Assembly (NCBI GenBank): GCA_051546255.1
Contig: CP128816.1
Coordinates: forward strand, 310,001-374,000
Direction of reading: 5' to 3'
DNA length: 64,000 nucleotides
Source of the DNA: Meyerozyma guilliermondii
Lineage: Eukaryota
This document shows, one piece after another, positions 43,019 to 55,137 of the stretch. Both the position numbers and the translations under genes were made by a program. The notes beneath the pieces were generated by a model. The model was given only the letters and a program-made list of their open reading frames with translations, made no database searches and was not told where the DNA came from. Position 1 is the first letter of the stretch. Each line of letters starts with the position of its first letter.

Positions 43019-44691
43019 TTAGGTGTTCATATAGGTGGATGAATCAACACCCTCCTCAGGAAACTCGGTGATCTTGACATCGAATCTCGATTGAATCTTC
43101 TCCAACACTTCTTCATCTTCTTTCGAACCAACGAACGAAATAGCCAAACCCTTGGTACCGAATCTACCGGCTCTACCAACTCTGTGTAAGTATTGGTCGG
43201 CTTCGTTTGGCAAGTCGTAATTAATAGCCAAGTTGATTCTCTCAATATCGATACCTCTACCGAACACATCGGTGGACACACAAATACGCTTGTTGAACTC
43301 CTTGAAAGACTTGTATCTGGCGATTCTCTCCTCTTGAGGCATAGCCGAGTGAACGGCAATCGACGGAAAGTTCGAGGCCACCAACAACTTGTTCAACTCG
43401 TTAGCTCTCAGGGTCGACTTGACAAAGATGATCACTTGGTTGAACTCCAACGAATCCAACAAGTCTGCCAATTTACGGTTCTTTTCTTTCTCGTCCAACT
43501 TGAGGTAGTATTGTTGCAATCCGTGCAAAGTCAACTTGGCCTCGTCATCAACGTAGATTTCCAATGGGTTCTGCATGAATTTTTTACAAACAGGACGAAT
43601 TTCTTGCGACAAGGTAGCAGAGAACATCATAACTTGCTTTTGGTGAGGAGTGTTACGGAAGATATCTTGAACATCTCTTCTCATATCAATAGCCTCCAAC
43701 ACCTTGTCACACTCATCGATAACAAACGACTTGACATTGTTCAAACGGATAGCCTTTTCTTCAACCAAGGCGTGTAATCTACCTGGAGTAGCCACGACAA
43801 TGTGAGGACAAGTGTCTTTGTTTTTCAATTTTTCAATATCTTTGGCAATTGGAATACCACCGTAGAACACCTCGGTCTTGACGTCTGGCATGTACTTGGA
43901 GAAACGAGCGTACTCGTTTCTGATTTGGTAGGCCAATTCTCTGGTGTGACAGATGACCAAGGTGGTGATCTCACCAGGAACAGGATCTAACTGTTGCAAG
44001 GTGGAGAGCACAAAAACAGCCGTTTTACCCAAGCCGGACTTGGCTTGACAAAGAACGTCAGTACCCAAGATGGACTGGGGAATACAAACTTGCTGGACTG
44101 GGTTAGTTGGAACAGAAATCAATGGGTACATTGCGATAAGCAATGCAATTTAAGAATGGAGAAATGAAGACAGCACCATTGCTGGTTTGATCAATTGAAG
44201 AAATGTGATGGTAACTGAATGACAATAGTTATCGCTTGGCGATGCGATGAAGTGAAATATGCAAATATGGTGGTGGAGATTAACCAAAAGGGTAATATTA
44301 ATGCAAAAAAAAGGATGCACAAGCAAACAAACAAATTACAATGTTGTTTAAAGCTTTCAATAGGGTTTTCATAGATTTCATTATGGCTGGTTGTCTTTGT
44401 TTGCAGGTCAGACACCGCTCAAGTTGCAATTGCTGCCTTCATTTCCACTCTTTTGGACACGGGATACGAACCTTCAGAAGGGTGCTCAAATCCACAGTCA
44501 CCAATGGCTCTCAACAATTCCGGTTTTAACAAAAAATCTCTAAAGCCGGTCGCGTGAATACCGACGTAGGAGCCTTTTTTATCGGCATCCTTGTCAGCGC
44601 CATCAGCGCCAGCCTCTGGGGCGTTGGATGGAACTGCGATTTCCTCGGAGTCGGAATAGTCCAATAATTCTTCTTGGCCTTCGGCAGACAT
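43019..44691 (-). CDS. SUB2: DEAD/DECD-box RNA helicase Sub2/UAP56; exons 44691-44472 and 44097-43019, 374-nt intron
   Basis: [14 protein letters not shown]...GFEHPSE|VQQ restored by intron GTTCGT...[36 protein letters not shown]. Confidence 0.96.
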
Positions 44692-44773
44692 GGTGATGAT
44701 TACTGAAAAGTCGATGTCGGGGTTTCGAATTTCGAAACGTTGGCGCGGGTCGTGCGCGGCATCAGAATACAAG

Positions 44774-44781
44774 CACGTGAC
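44774..44781. promoter_or_regulatory. Cbf1-type site CACGTGAC in the divergent promoter of SUB2 and the next ORF
   Basis: Reverse complement GTCACGTG in the short divergent intergenic gap. Confidence 0.5.
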
Positions 44782-44837
44782 CACACACCCAAATCAACTG
44801 TTGCGAATATGAAATGTTAGCAACCTTCCAACCATAC

Positions 44838-45245
44838 ATGTTTCGAGGAGCGAGAGTATTTGCGACGCTTCAAAGGTGCAGAACTCATGTAGTGGCACCA
44901 GCGCGTATCCTGACTCGGTTCCAAGCTCGCAACCTTGCTTCTCGTCTGAATACAGATGACATTCTTTCTTCTGAACAAGCCCAAAAAGTGGCACAAATTT
45001 CCGAAGCTTTCCTTCAGAATCCTGACATTCGTAAAAGTTTAGAGCGTTTTCAGAAGCTTCTAGCGAGTAAAGGACTCGACAAGGGACCTTCTCCTTCATT
45101 ATTCAAGATGATGCTGTTACTTGGTCAGAGTGACATTCGTGCTGCGTTGAACGATTTGAAGACATCACTTGAAGCTGCCAATATTGAGCTTACACCCAGC
45201 GACATGCACGCTATCATGACATATTACAGGAAACACATGCTGTGA
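44838..45245 (+). CDS. Small hypothetical protein with probable mitochondrial presequence (alternative start 44814)
   Basis: Arg-rich, acid-free N-terminus MFRGARVFATLQRCR...; helical remainder. Confidence 0.6.
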   Translation: MFRGARVFATLQRCRTHVVAPARILTRFQARNLASRLNTDDILSSEQAQKVAQISEAFLQNPDIRKSLERFQKLLASKGLDKGPSPSLFKMMLLLGQSDIRAALNDLKTSLEAANIELTPSDMHAIMTYYRKHML

Positions 45246-45581
45246 ATAGCGAGCACATGCTGTGAAATAGCGAAGCATTAAGCATAATGAAGGAAGTTAA
45301 GCAAAGGCTGAATGCTGATGGTCGATCTTAAGGCATAAGGCTGAACTTCTAGATTTGAATTGGCGTTTTTATAATAGAATGACTTTACGGAACTACTTCA
45401 TCTTCTCGTCTTGAGGATTTAGTTATCTCTATCTTGGATCATACTCTACGTTATCTTGCACTATCCTACTCTTGATACTTTTCTGTGGTCTCTCAAAAGG
45501 TTGAAAGTTTTTCTTGCAATCTCCTACCTTCCCTTTTTTTCTTCTCTTTTTCCCTTTCCTCCTTTTTTCCTTTCTTCCCTT

Positions 45582-46412
45582 CTACTTCTTTGCAAACGAC
45601 GCAGATATATTAGCAGCTTCTTCCACAGCTCGCGCAATACTTCCACGAACACCAGCATCTTCCAACTTCAACAAACCCCCAATGGTGGTACCTCCTGGAG
45701 TACACACCTTGCTCTTGAGCGCGGCTGGGTGATCGCCTGTTTCAAGCACCATTTTGGCTGTTCCTTCCATCACCTTGGCTGCAGCGTCTTTAGCCACGGC
45801 AAAAGGAATTCCCATTCTGACTCCCCCGTCTATCAACGACTCCATCATCAACAAACAGAACGCAGGTCCCGAGCCCACCAAGGCTGTGGCAGCGTCCATA
45901 TTTTTTTCTGGTATCTTCATAGCCAAACCAACTGGATTGATCAACTTCATCACGAGATCACCATACTTTTCTTCGGCTTCCGGGTCTGAAAAGCTCACCA
46001 TTGCAGTCCCACAACCATACTGGGCTGGTGTGTTGGTCATAACCTTGGCTACATTTACAGAATATTTTTGCAATTCCTTGGTGGTGACACCTGCCAATAA
46101 CGAGATCAATAAGCTGCCATTGTTAATTGGTGCTTGACTTAATACTGTCTCGTACATGTAAGGTTTACAAGCCAAAATGACTATATCGGCTTTCTTAGCG
46201 GCTTTGGAATTGGCTTCGGAACCATAACTAACCTCAATGATTTCGTGGTTGAGTTTCTTCTTCAAGTTGAGTGCCAGCTCTTCACGGCTAGTACAGCAGA
46301 TAATCTTCGAAGGATATGGCAGAAACTCTGCATTTAAGATGGCAGACACCACGGCCGTGCCCATGACTCCACACCCCAAAACGGTGATCGTATAGTTTTC
46401 TTTAATTGACAT
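45582..46412 (-). CDS. PRO3: Pyrroline-5-carboxylate reductase
   Basis: LGCGVMG, ILACKP, MTNTPA, ALVGSGPAF, VCTPGGTTIGGL. Confidence 0.96.
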   Translation of the reverse strand: MSIKENYTITVLGCGVMGTAVVSAILNAEFLPYPSKIICCTSREELALNLKKKLNHEIIEVSYGSEANSKAAKKADIVILACKPYMYETVLSQAPINNGSLLISLLAGVTTKELQKYSVNVAKVMTNTPAQYGCGTAMVSFSDPEAEEKYGDLVMKLINPVGLAMKIPEKNMDAATALVGSGPAFCLLMMESLIDGGVRMGIPFAVAKDAAAKVMEGTAKMVLETGDHPAALKSKVCTPGGTTIGGLLKLEDAGVRGSIARAVEEAANISASFAKK

Positions 46413-46687
46413 GCTGGGTTCACTGGAGAGTTCACTGTTCAATATTGGAGTTCACGGCGAGTATGAGTGTCGCTGACATAAGCAGACGTTAATTAGGTGC
46501 GTCCCGCTTAGCTGCGTTTCGGGCAGGAGAAAGGCACAACGACTTGCGAATTAGACAACCACCACACGACAAATATCCACGAAAGTGAGCCAGAACACAC
46601 AAGAGCACCACAAGATCGCACACATTTTCTTCTCAGATTTCCAGGACTCGAAAACGGGCCGAAATCTCATTATTGCTGGAGTCCAAC

Positions 46688-49084
46688 ATGACGATAAATT
46701 CCTTCAACCGGGCGTTGTTGACGCCATGTCCCATTTTACGGCCCACAGAAAAGGAGTTCGAGGACCCGGTGGCGTATCTCTCACGACCAGACGTAGCCAA
46801 GCTAGGCGATGACTTTGGAATAGTCAAAGTGGTGCCTCCACAAACGTGGAAACCTGAGTTTTCACTTTCCAACGATTTCAAATTCCACACAAGACTACAA
46901 ATTTTGAGTGATTTGGGTATCACTTCCCGTAGTAGACGCTCTTTTAAGGATAACCTCAACCGGTACTTGAAAATGATTGACCAGCGGCCGGTACGCAGTT
47001 CATTTGTCACTAAAGACCACAACCGAAAGAAGGTTTATTACTATGATTTGTACCAGGCAGTACAGAAAATAAGCTCTGGAGCGGCTATGGATGAACACAA
47101 ATGGAATACCGTGAGCCAGCAGTTTGGAATAGTGGATTCACCCGATATTCTTCGACATGAATTTGAGGACAAAATTGCGTCCTATGCTCTGTTCTTGAAT
47201 TCAAGTGAACAGTATTTTCCAGATACCAAGGAAAACGAAGACAACGACAACTGTATGATATGTGACGACAACAGCCGTCCCACAGAAACTCTACTATGTG
47301 ACAACTGTGACAGCTCGTTCCATATGTCTTGCTTAAATCCACCAATGACCGAAGTACCACTGAGCGAGTGGTTCTGTGAAAAGTGCTTAGTAGGCACAGG
47401 AGAGTATGGGTTTGAAGAAGAGACCGACGTCAAGTACTCACTAGCAGAATTCTACGATATGTGCAAAGAATTTGAGGCAGATTTCTGCGAAGAGTATAAT
47501 AATGGTGAACCGTTGACTTTGGATATTATCGAAAAAAAGTTTTGGGAATTCGTCGACATAGAAAAGTCAGATCTCGAAGTCAAGTACGGTGCCGATATCC
47601 ACCACCTAAAGCCAGGACATATAAGCGGGTTTCCAATGGAGAATACTCCCGGCTTGGATATGAATAACGAGAATGTGCAAAGGTATGTTAAGCATCCTTG
47701 GAACCTCACTCGTCTTCCATTCGCCAAGGGTTCCTTGTTGAACTTTGTAAATCGGTCAATTTCAGGAATGACGGTCCCATGGATCTACGTTGGCTCTCTT
47801 TTGTCTACCTTTTGTTGGCATGTCGAAGACCATTATACGCTATCGGCTAATTATTGTCATTTTGGTGCTACCAAAAAATGGTACGGAATACCGTCCAAAG
47901 ATGCAGACAAGTTCGAACAACTAATGAGAGATTCCGCACCAGATTTGTTTAAGCGACAGCCAGATCTTCTCCACCAATTGGTGACTCTTATCTCTCCTAT
48001 GAAATTAATCGAAAGCGATATAAGATGTGTTGAAGTTGAGCAACAACCCAACGAAATAGTCATCACATATCCTCGTGTATACCACGCCGGGTTCAATAGT
48101 GGCTTCAATTTCAATGAAGCTGTCAACTTTACAATATCCAAATGGTTGGAGTTTGGCGAGAAACTGATCGAGGACTACAGAAAAATTAAAAAGGAAAATG
48201 TGTTTAACCATTTCCAATTGGTGGAAAACGTTCTCAAATCGTATTGCCAGAGTACTCTGCATGAAGAAGACTTTGTTCGAACCGCATTATCCAGCTATGA
48301 AAACTTTATTGGCAGACAGTTTCATATGATGGAGATATTCCGACAAGCAGGCATTTCAAGTATAAAGTCAAAGCGAAATGAAACTATGAGAAGCTTTGAA
48401 GAAGAGCAAAATGGTGTCTTTCACGATGAAACAGAAGATGACGAGTTGTGTGGTAATTGTAGAACACACATTGGATATCAGTACTTTGATTTCGACAACA
48501 AAGCTAGGGAACTGAAGAAAGAGGAAGAAGAACCCATAAAGGAAGAAGCAGTTCTGGTGGATGAAATACATGAGGGAGTAGACGAGAAGTCATCGAACCA
48601 GATCGACAACAAGGCTTTGTTCACCACCCCAGAGATTAAACAAGAAGGATTTGAGTCAACCAAATTATCTGTTAGACAGCTTCTTACTCCACAAGCATCA
48701 CCCCAAGAAATAATTATCAAGCGACGTTTGTCAGACACTGAAGAATATCAGAACGATCACAGAGACGAGGAGGAACACCTGGGCAAACGAAGAAAGTCAA
48801 GTCGTATTCAAAAATTAGAAAAAGAACAACTCCAACGAAAGGAAGCGGCCGCCCACTCTATCGCTCGCATGTACCATAAAACCAATAATGATCTTCTTGA
48901 CAAGCAAAATCGGGTAAGATTGTGCCTCCAATGCTGTTATGACCGGTATGGACAAGAAGTGCCCAAACACGGACAATTAGTAGTGGAAACTTCAATTGAA
49001 GATCTGAGAGATTTGATCCAACAAGTGAAGAGAAGACTTGAGAGAAGAAACGGCGTGGACGTTACTATGTTATTAAATAGTTAG
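46688..49084 (+). CDS. JHD2: JmjN-ARID-PHD-JmjC H3K4 demethylase
   Basis: CPILRPTEKEFEDP (JmjN), PHD CMIC...CDNC...H..C...CEKC, FCWHVEDH and YHAGFN (JmjC). Confidence 0.92.
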   Translation: MTINSFNRALLTPCPILRPTEKEFEDPVAYLSRPDVAKLGDDFGIVKVVPPQTWKPEFSLSNDFKFHTRLQILSDLGITSRSRRSFKDNLNRYLKMIDQRPVRSSFVTKDHNRKKVYYYDLYQAVQKISSGAAMDEHKWNTVSQQFGIVDSPDILRHEFEDKIASYALFLNSSEQYFPDTKENEDNDNCMICDDNSRPTETLLCDNCDSSFHMSCLNPPMTEVPLSEWFCEKCLVGTGEYGFEEETDVKYSLAEFYDMCKEFEADFCEEYNNGEPLTLDIIEKKFWEFVDIEKSDLEVKYGADIHHLKPGHISGFPMENTPGLDMNNENVQRYVKHPWNLTRLPFAKGSLLNFVNRSISGMTVPWIYVGSLLSTFCWHVEDHYTLSANYCHFGATKKWYGIPSKDADKFEQLMRDSAPDLFKRQPDLLHQLVTLISPMKLIESDIRCVEVEQQPNEIVITYPRVYHAGFNSGFNFNEAVNFTISKWLEFGEKLIEDYRKIKKENVFNHFQLVENVLKSYCQSTLHEEDFVRTALSSYENFIGRQFHMMEIFRQAGISSIKSKRNETMRSFEEEQNGVFHDETEDDELCGNCRTHIGYQYFDFDNKARELKKEEEEPIKEEAVLVDEIHEGVDEKSSNQIDNKALFTTPEIKQEGFESTKLSVRQLLTPQASPQEIIIKRRLSDTEEYQNDHRDEEEHLGKRRKSSRIQKLEKEQLQRKEAAAHSIARMYHKTNNDLLDKQNRVRLCLQCCYDRYGQEVPKHGQLVVETSIEDLRDLIQQVKRRLERRNGVDVTMLLNS

Positions 49085-49247
49085 AACATGAGGTAGGGTA
49101 AAGGACTTTTTGCAACTACAGAAAATTGATTTAGATAAACAATTTCGAAAATCGTTTCGAAAGTCTTCAGTAACTATTTGCAGCCGCTATGCACTCAATC
49201 TGCAACCAAAACGTCCCGCGAGCCGGCGCCGGGTAATCGCGGCTCCA

Positions 49248-49314
49248 CCAATGAAAAGCGGCGCGGGACGGAAACGGTGGTCGGGTGTCGTTCTCGCGCT
49301 CTCATTGGCCAATG
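49248..49314 (+). promoter_or_regulatory. CCAAT boxes (Hap2/3/5-type) upstream of ATP2
   Basis: CCAAT 49248-49252 and palindrome CATTGGCCAATG 49303-49314; TATA-like TATAA near 49358. Confidence 0.55.
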
Positions 49315-49421
49315 CCGCCCATTCGCGACCCGGTTGCCAGAACAGCGAAAAGTTCATATAAGGACAGGATTGAATTTTCTTTTCATTCGAGAGGAATCTT
49401 AAACCAAAGTTTTTTTTAACG

Positions 49422-51139
<1,718 letters not shown>

Positions 51140-51255
51140 GCATAAAAGTAGATATGTAGAGAATATATCTGTTGTTTATCAAGCATCTCTTAACTGGTTC
51201 TCCACATTTCGCGCGAAATTTCAAATTTCAATTTCTGGACACATATTCTTTAGAG

Positions 51256-52632
51256 ATGTTTTCGTTGGCAAATGTAAGTATACAAAAAGCACCACCAAAG
51301 ACTTTCAAACCTCTAACATAGACGCTTTCGTTTCTAGATAACTCCAATCTTAACTGGAAATCGATAATTATCGGATTTACAATTGGTCAATATGCGTTTG
51401 AAAACTACCTTCTGTACCGTCAATACAAAGTGTTGAAAAAGGCCACTCCTCCTCCCTCATTGAAGGCAGAGATTTCTCAAGAGACGTTCGACAAGTCCCA
51501 GGAATATTCAAGAGCCAAGTCTAAATTTGGTTTCATTACGTCGACACTTCTGTTGGCACAAAATTTGGCTGTGATCAAGTATGATTTGTTGCCCTACTTC
51601 TGGAACGTTGCTGGAAGTTTGATGCAAAAGTCAGCGTCCATACTTCCCAAATTCATGTCTGGAACAATTACCCAATCACTTTTTTTCTTGAATGTTATCT
51701 CAATTGTGGGAGACATCGTTGGCTTGCCTACGTCGTACTATTACAATTTTGTCTTGGAAGAAAAATTCGGGTTCAACAAGTTGACTAAAAAATTGTTCAT
51801 TATAGACACGTTGAAATCTGCAGCTTTGCGGATTGTCTTTGTCACCCCTATACTTGCTGGCTTTTTGAAGATTCTCGACCATTTCGGCGAATCGTTCATC
51901 GTTTATATGTGTGTGTTTGTCTTGGCTCTCCAATTGATTGGAATGACCATCTTCCCCATCTTGATCCAGCCCCTTTTCAACAAATTTACTCCTCTTGAAG
52001 ACGGCGAATTGAAGACAGCCATTGAGAATCTTGCGGCACAACAAAAGTTTCCATTGAACAAGCTTTATGTCATTGACGGTTCCAAGCGTTCGTCCCACTC
52101 CAATGCCTACTTTACTGGCTTGCCATGGAGCAAGCAGATTGTTCTTTATGACACCTTGATTGAACAGTCAAGCGTTGAAGAAACTGTAGCTGTTGTTGCC
52201 CACGAAATCGGCCACTGGAAACTCTCGCATTTGGTACAAATGTTGACCTACATTCAAGCACACATGTTCTTCGTTTTCTCGATGTTCTCAGCGTTTATCA
52301 ACAACCATTCGTTGTACTCGTCGTTCGGATTCACCACTACCCAACCAGCTATGATTGGGTTCATGTTGTTCAACGATATCTTCGAACCTGTTGAAAGCGT
52401 TATGAAGTTTGCTCAGAACTTGCTCTCCAGAAAAAATGAATATGAGGCAGATGCTTTTGCCAAAGAACAAGGTTATTCCGATAACTTGTCGGTTGCACTT
52501 ATCAAGATGCTTAGTGAGAATTTGTCTACTATGGACGCAGACTGGTTGTACTCTTCGTACCACCACTCTCACCCAATCTTGTCGGAGCGTTTGAATGCTC
52601 TCGGATACGTTTCAAAGAAGAAGATTGCTTAA
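51256..52632 (+). CDS. STE24: CAAX prenyl protease / a-factor processing zinc metalloprotease; exons 51256-51273 and 51322-52632, 48-nt intron
   Basis: Spliced MFSLAN|TLSFLDNSNLNWK; intron GTAAGT...TCTAACATAG; IDGSKRSSHSNAYF, HEIGH, HSHPILSERL. Confidence 0.95.
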
Positions 52633-52710
52633 GAGATAGCTTGAACAAACAAATAGCTCAATTCACTACTTTTTTCGATTCTGTAATGCTAATGCTTTCG
52701 TCGTAATTCG

Positions 52711-53427
52711 TTATACAGCCCTCCGTCTTCTATCCCGTAATTCGTCGTATGCAGCTCTCATCTGGACGTATCCCAAATGAGTTTTACCAATGAAATGGTC
52801 GGCTAGCCGTCGGTCGCTATCGAGTCTCGACAAGTATGCACCACATCCCTCACATACTTGAAGTTTCTGCTGAGCGGACTGCCCCATATTTTCGGCTATA
52901 TGACGGGCCGATTCAGCCACTTCTTCTCTCTTTTTACATAGTACGTTGAGACGGGCTGTTTCTTGTAAACCCATATTGATCTCACCATTTTGCACCAAAC
53001 AATCGATTTCTTGCGTCAAAAGTCCAATTCTTATATCGAGGTTCTCTAGTTCCTTGGTAACCTCGGCGATCTTTGCCTTTTCTTCTGGAGTGTGTTCCAA
53101 TCGTCTTAATGCTATTTCTGTGTTGCGATCGAGCTCATTGATGTATTTTTGAAGATGCCTGAAATACTCGTACTCAAATTCGGGGAACTTCTCGCCTCGC
53201 TTTTTGCGATACTCATATTCCATTTTGTGCTTCTCAAGATGAAGCTGAGGACATTTTCCAAGGTCTTGCTTGGTTCCCACGAATAGATCATGAGGACAAA
53301 CTCCTACAAGAAAGCTCTTGCAAACTCTGTGGCTTGTCAAATCAGGCTCCCGTCGACGCACTATAGGAGATATCATGGCATCCTTTCCCATAAGCTGCTC
53401 CAAGAGCTTCCTTTGGTCCTCTGCCAT
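52711..53427 (-). CDS. LUC7: U1 snRNP protein Luc7
   Basis: QRKLLEQLMG, VCKSFLVGVCPHDLF..TKQDLGKC, QVCEGCGAYLS..D...RLADHF.GK.H. Confidence 0.95.
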   Translation of the reverse strand: MAEDQRKLLEQLMGKDAMISPIVRRREPDLTSHRVCKSFLVGVCPHDLFVGTKQDLGKCPQLHLEKHKMEYEYRKKRGEKFPEFEYEYFRHLQKYINELDRNTEIALRRLEHTPEEKAKIAEVTKELENLDIRIGLLTQEIDCLVQNGEINMGLQETARLNVLCKKREEVAESARHIAENMGQSAQQKLQVCEGCGAYLSRLDSDRRLADHFIGKTHLGYVQMRAAYDELRDRRRRAV

Positions 53428-53625
53428 TATTATAATTTGTAGCTATTAAATGTTTAGTTAGCGAGTCGCGCACTCAATTTAGTGGGACTCTCAATTTAGA
53501 GAGATGCCTCAGAAAAGTGCCGCCGCACCTCCGCTGCGCTATGGCTTCGCAAAGTTCCCCAGCCGCTCCACACGTGAAATGGGAGCTGCGAATTGGTCAT
53601 TTAACCATATCAATGACAAAATAAA

Positions 53626-55035
53626 ATGAGGAAATACCAGTTGATCGGACGCAAGAAACTCTTCTCAAAGACAAAAATAGTGGACTATCCTCCACTGCAC
53701 ATTCTTTCATTACCTTACGAGGTTCTCATCGAGATAATATCATACCTCGAGCGAGATATAAAGGCACTTTTAGCATTGACCAGAACATGTTCTCGACTTA
53801 GAACCATAGTAAACAAGTTCTTCTTGTACCGTGACGTGGTTTTCTCGGCCACCAGGTTCCGAAAGTTCGTGGGATATCATCTACCAGGCCATAACTCCTC
53901 CCTAACTAAGAAATTAGGTTTGAACGATTCAAGTACCCAAATCAACCTTATACAACTGATTAAGTTTATAAAGCCTCCTATGGAGAAATCAGAAAACTAC
54001 TCAACAAATATAGGCGGTAGCTACAACGTGGAAAGCGTCCATGCTCGCCTGAACCGTGACATGTATAGCGAGTTTGTCAGTGGCCTACGATACTTGTTAA
54101 AAGAAGATTTTGGTCTCAAGGCAGTGGAAATTTCCGAGGTTTCTCCAGGATTCGAATTTCCACAAGACGTATATATAACTCCCAGATCCACTACTCTGTC
54201 GTGGAAAAAATCGAAACCGACTCGAACCTTACAACACTTGAAAATAAGTGCCCAGAATGGTTGGTCTATTCCATTCAGTTTCTCCCAAGTTTCGCTATTC
54301 TTCTCAGTTTTCGATATCATTGAAGAACTCGAACTAACAAACTTTATCATAGACAAGGAGAAGCTTTGCTCATCCACGGTACCCCAAGTTCAAATCAACA
54401 AAATCACCTTGAAAGCGTGCACTTATACAACGCAGAAACAGGTTCATTCGAAAACCAACTTTTCTCCCATGTTTGGCAATTGCTCGTCCTTGGCGCTCAG
54501 AGATATACATCTGGTCCTGGACCTATCAGTCATCGACTTTATTAAAAACAACCATCAGCTTTCGTCCTTAACTCTCGATATTGACTCGCCTGTTTTTTAC
54601 TCAGCAGTGAATGATGAGCGCAAGTTCAACTTTGCAAGATACAATTTGTTCTTCAAGCTACTTTGTTCGGGCGAAGGTGGTTACGCTTCACTAAAAAAGC
54701 TTGAGCTTGAAAACTTCGACCTTATAAACGATTGTTCTCATGCGGCGGTTGACCCGTCGCAAGACGATGACTGGGTTCCAGCTCCAACAGATAATTTCGA
54801 GACGTTTCTACAGTACGTGAGTGCAATACCAAAGCTAGTCATTAACCTAAAGAAAGAGCGAAAGGTTGGTAATGTGTGCGTCAGGTGTGGCTATAGTAAA
54901 GAAAACACTCCAGAGACCCCATCAGCCCAGAATGCAAATGGAGAATGGAGGAGAATCATCTCCAAATTGAATAATGGGAGTAACGAAGTAACTGTAAGAG
55001 ATAGCAATGGCTCCCGGTTATTTCAGGCGTCTTGA
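53626..55035 (+). CDS. F-box protein with LRR-like C-terminal region
   Basis: ILSLPYEVLIEIISYL...LALTRTCSRLR F-box; repeated LxxLxL segments. Confidence 0.7.
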   Translation: MRKYQLIGRKKLFSKTKIVDYPPLHILSLPYEVLIEIISYLERDIKALLALTRTCSRLRTIVNKFFLYRDVVFSATRFRKFVGYHLPGHNSSLTKKLGLNDSSTQINLIQLIKFIKPPMEKSENYSTNIGGSYNVESVHARLNRDMYSEFVSGLRYLLKEDFGLKAVEISEVSPGFEFPQDVYITPRSTTLSWKKSKPTRTLQHLKISAQNGWSIPFSFSQVSLFFSVFDIIEELELTNFIIDKEKLCSSTVPQVQINKITLKACTYTTQKQVHSKTNFSPMFGNCSSLALRDIHLVLDLSVIDFIKNNHQLSSLTLDIDSPVFYSAVNDERKFNFARYNLFFKLLCSGEGGYASLKKLELENFDLINDCSHAAVDPSQDDDWVPAPTDNFETFLQYVSAIPKLVINLKKERKVGNVCVRCGYSKENTPETPSAQNANGEWRRIISKLNNGSNEVTVRDSNGSRLFQAS

Positions 55036-55137
55036 CTATGCCAGAAACACGAAAAACACGAGTGATAAAGCAGTATAGAAGTATGCTTTCCAAGAAAGCT
55101 GGAAGGACGCATCTTTGGTTAGTAGTGATATGCTGTC

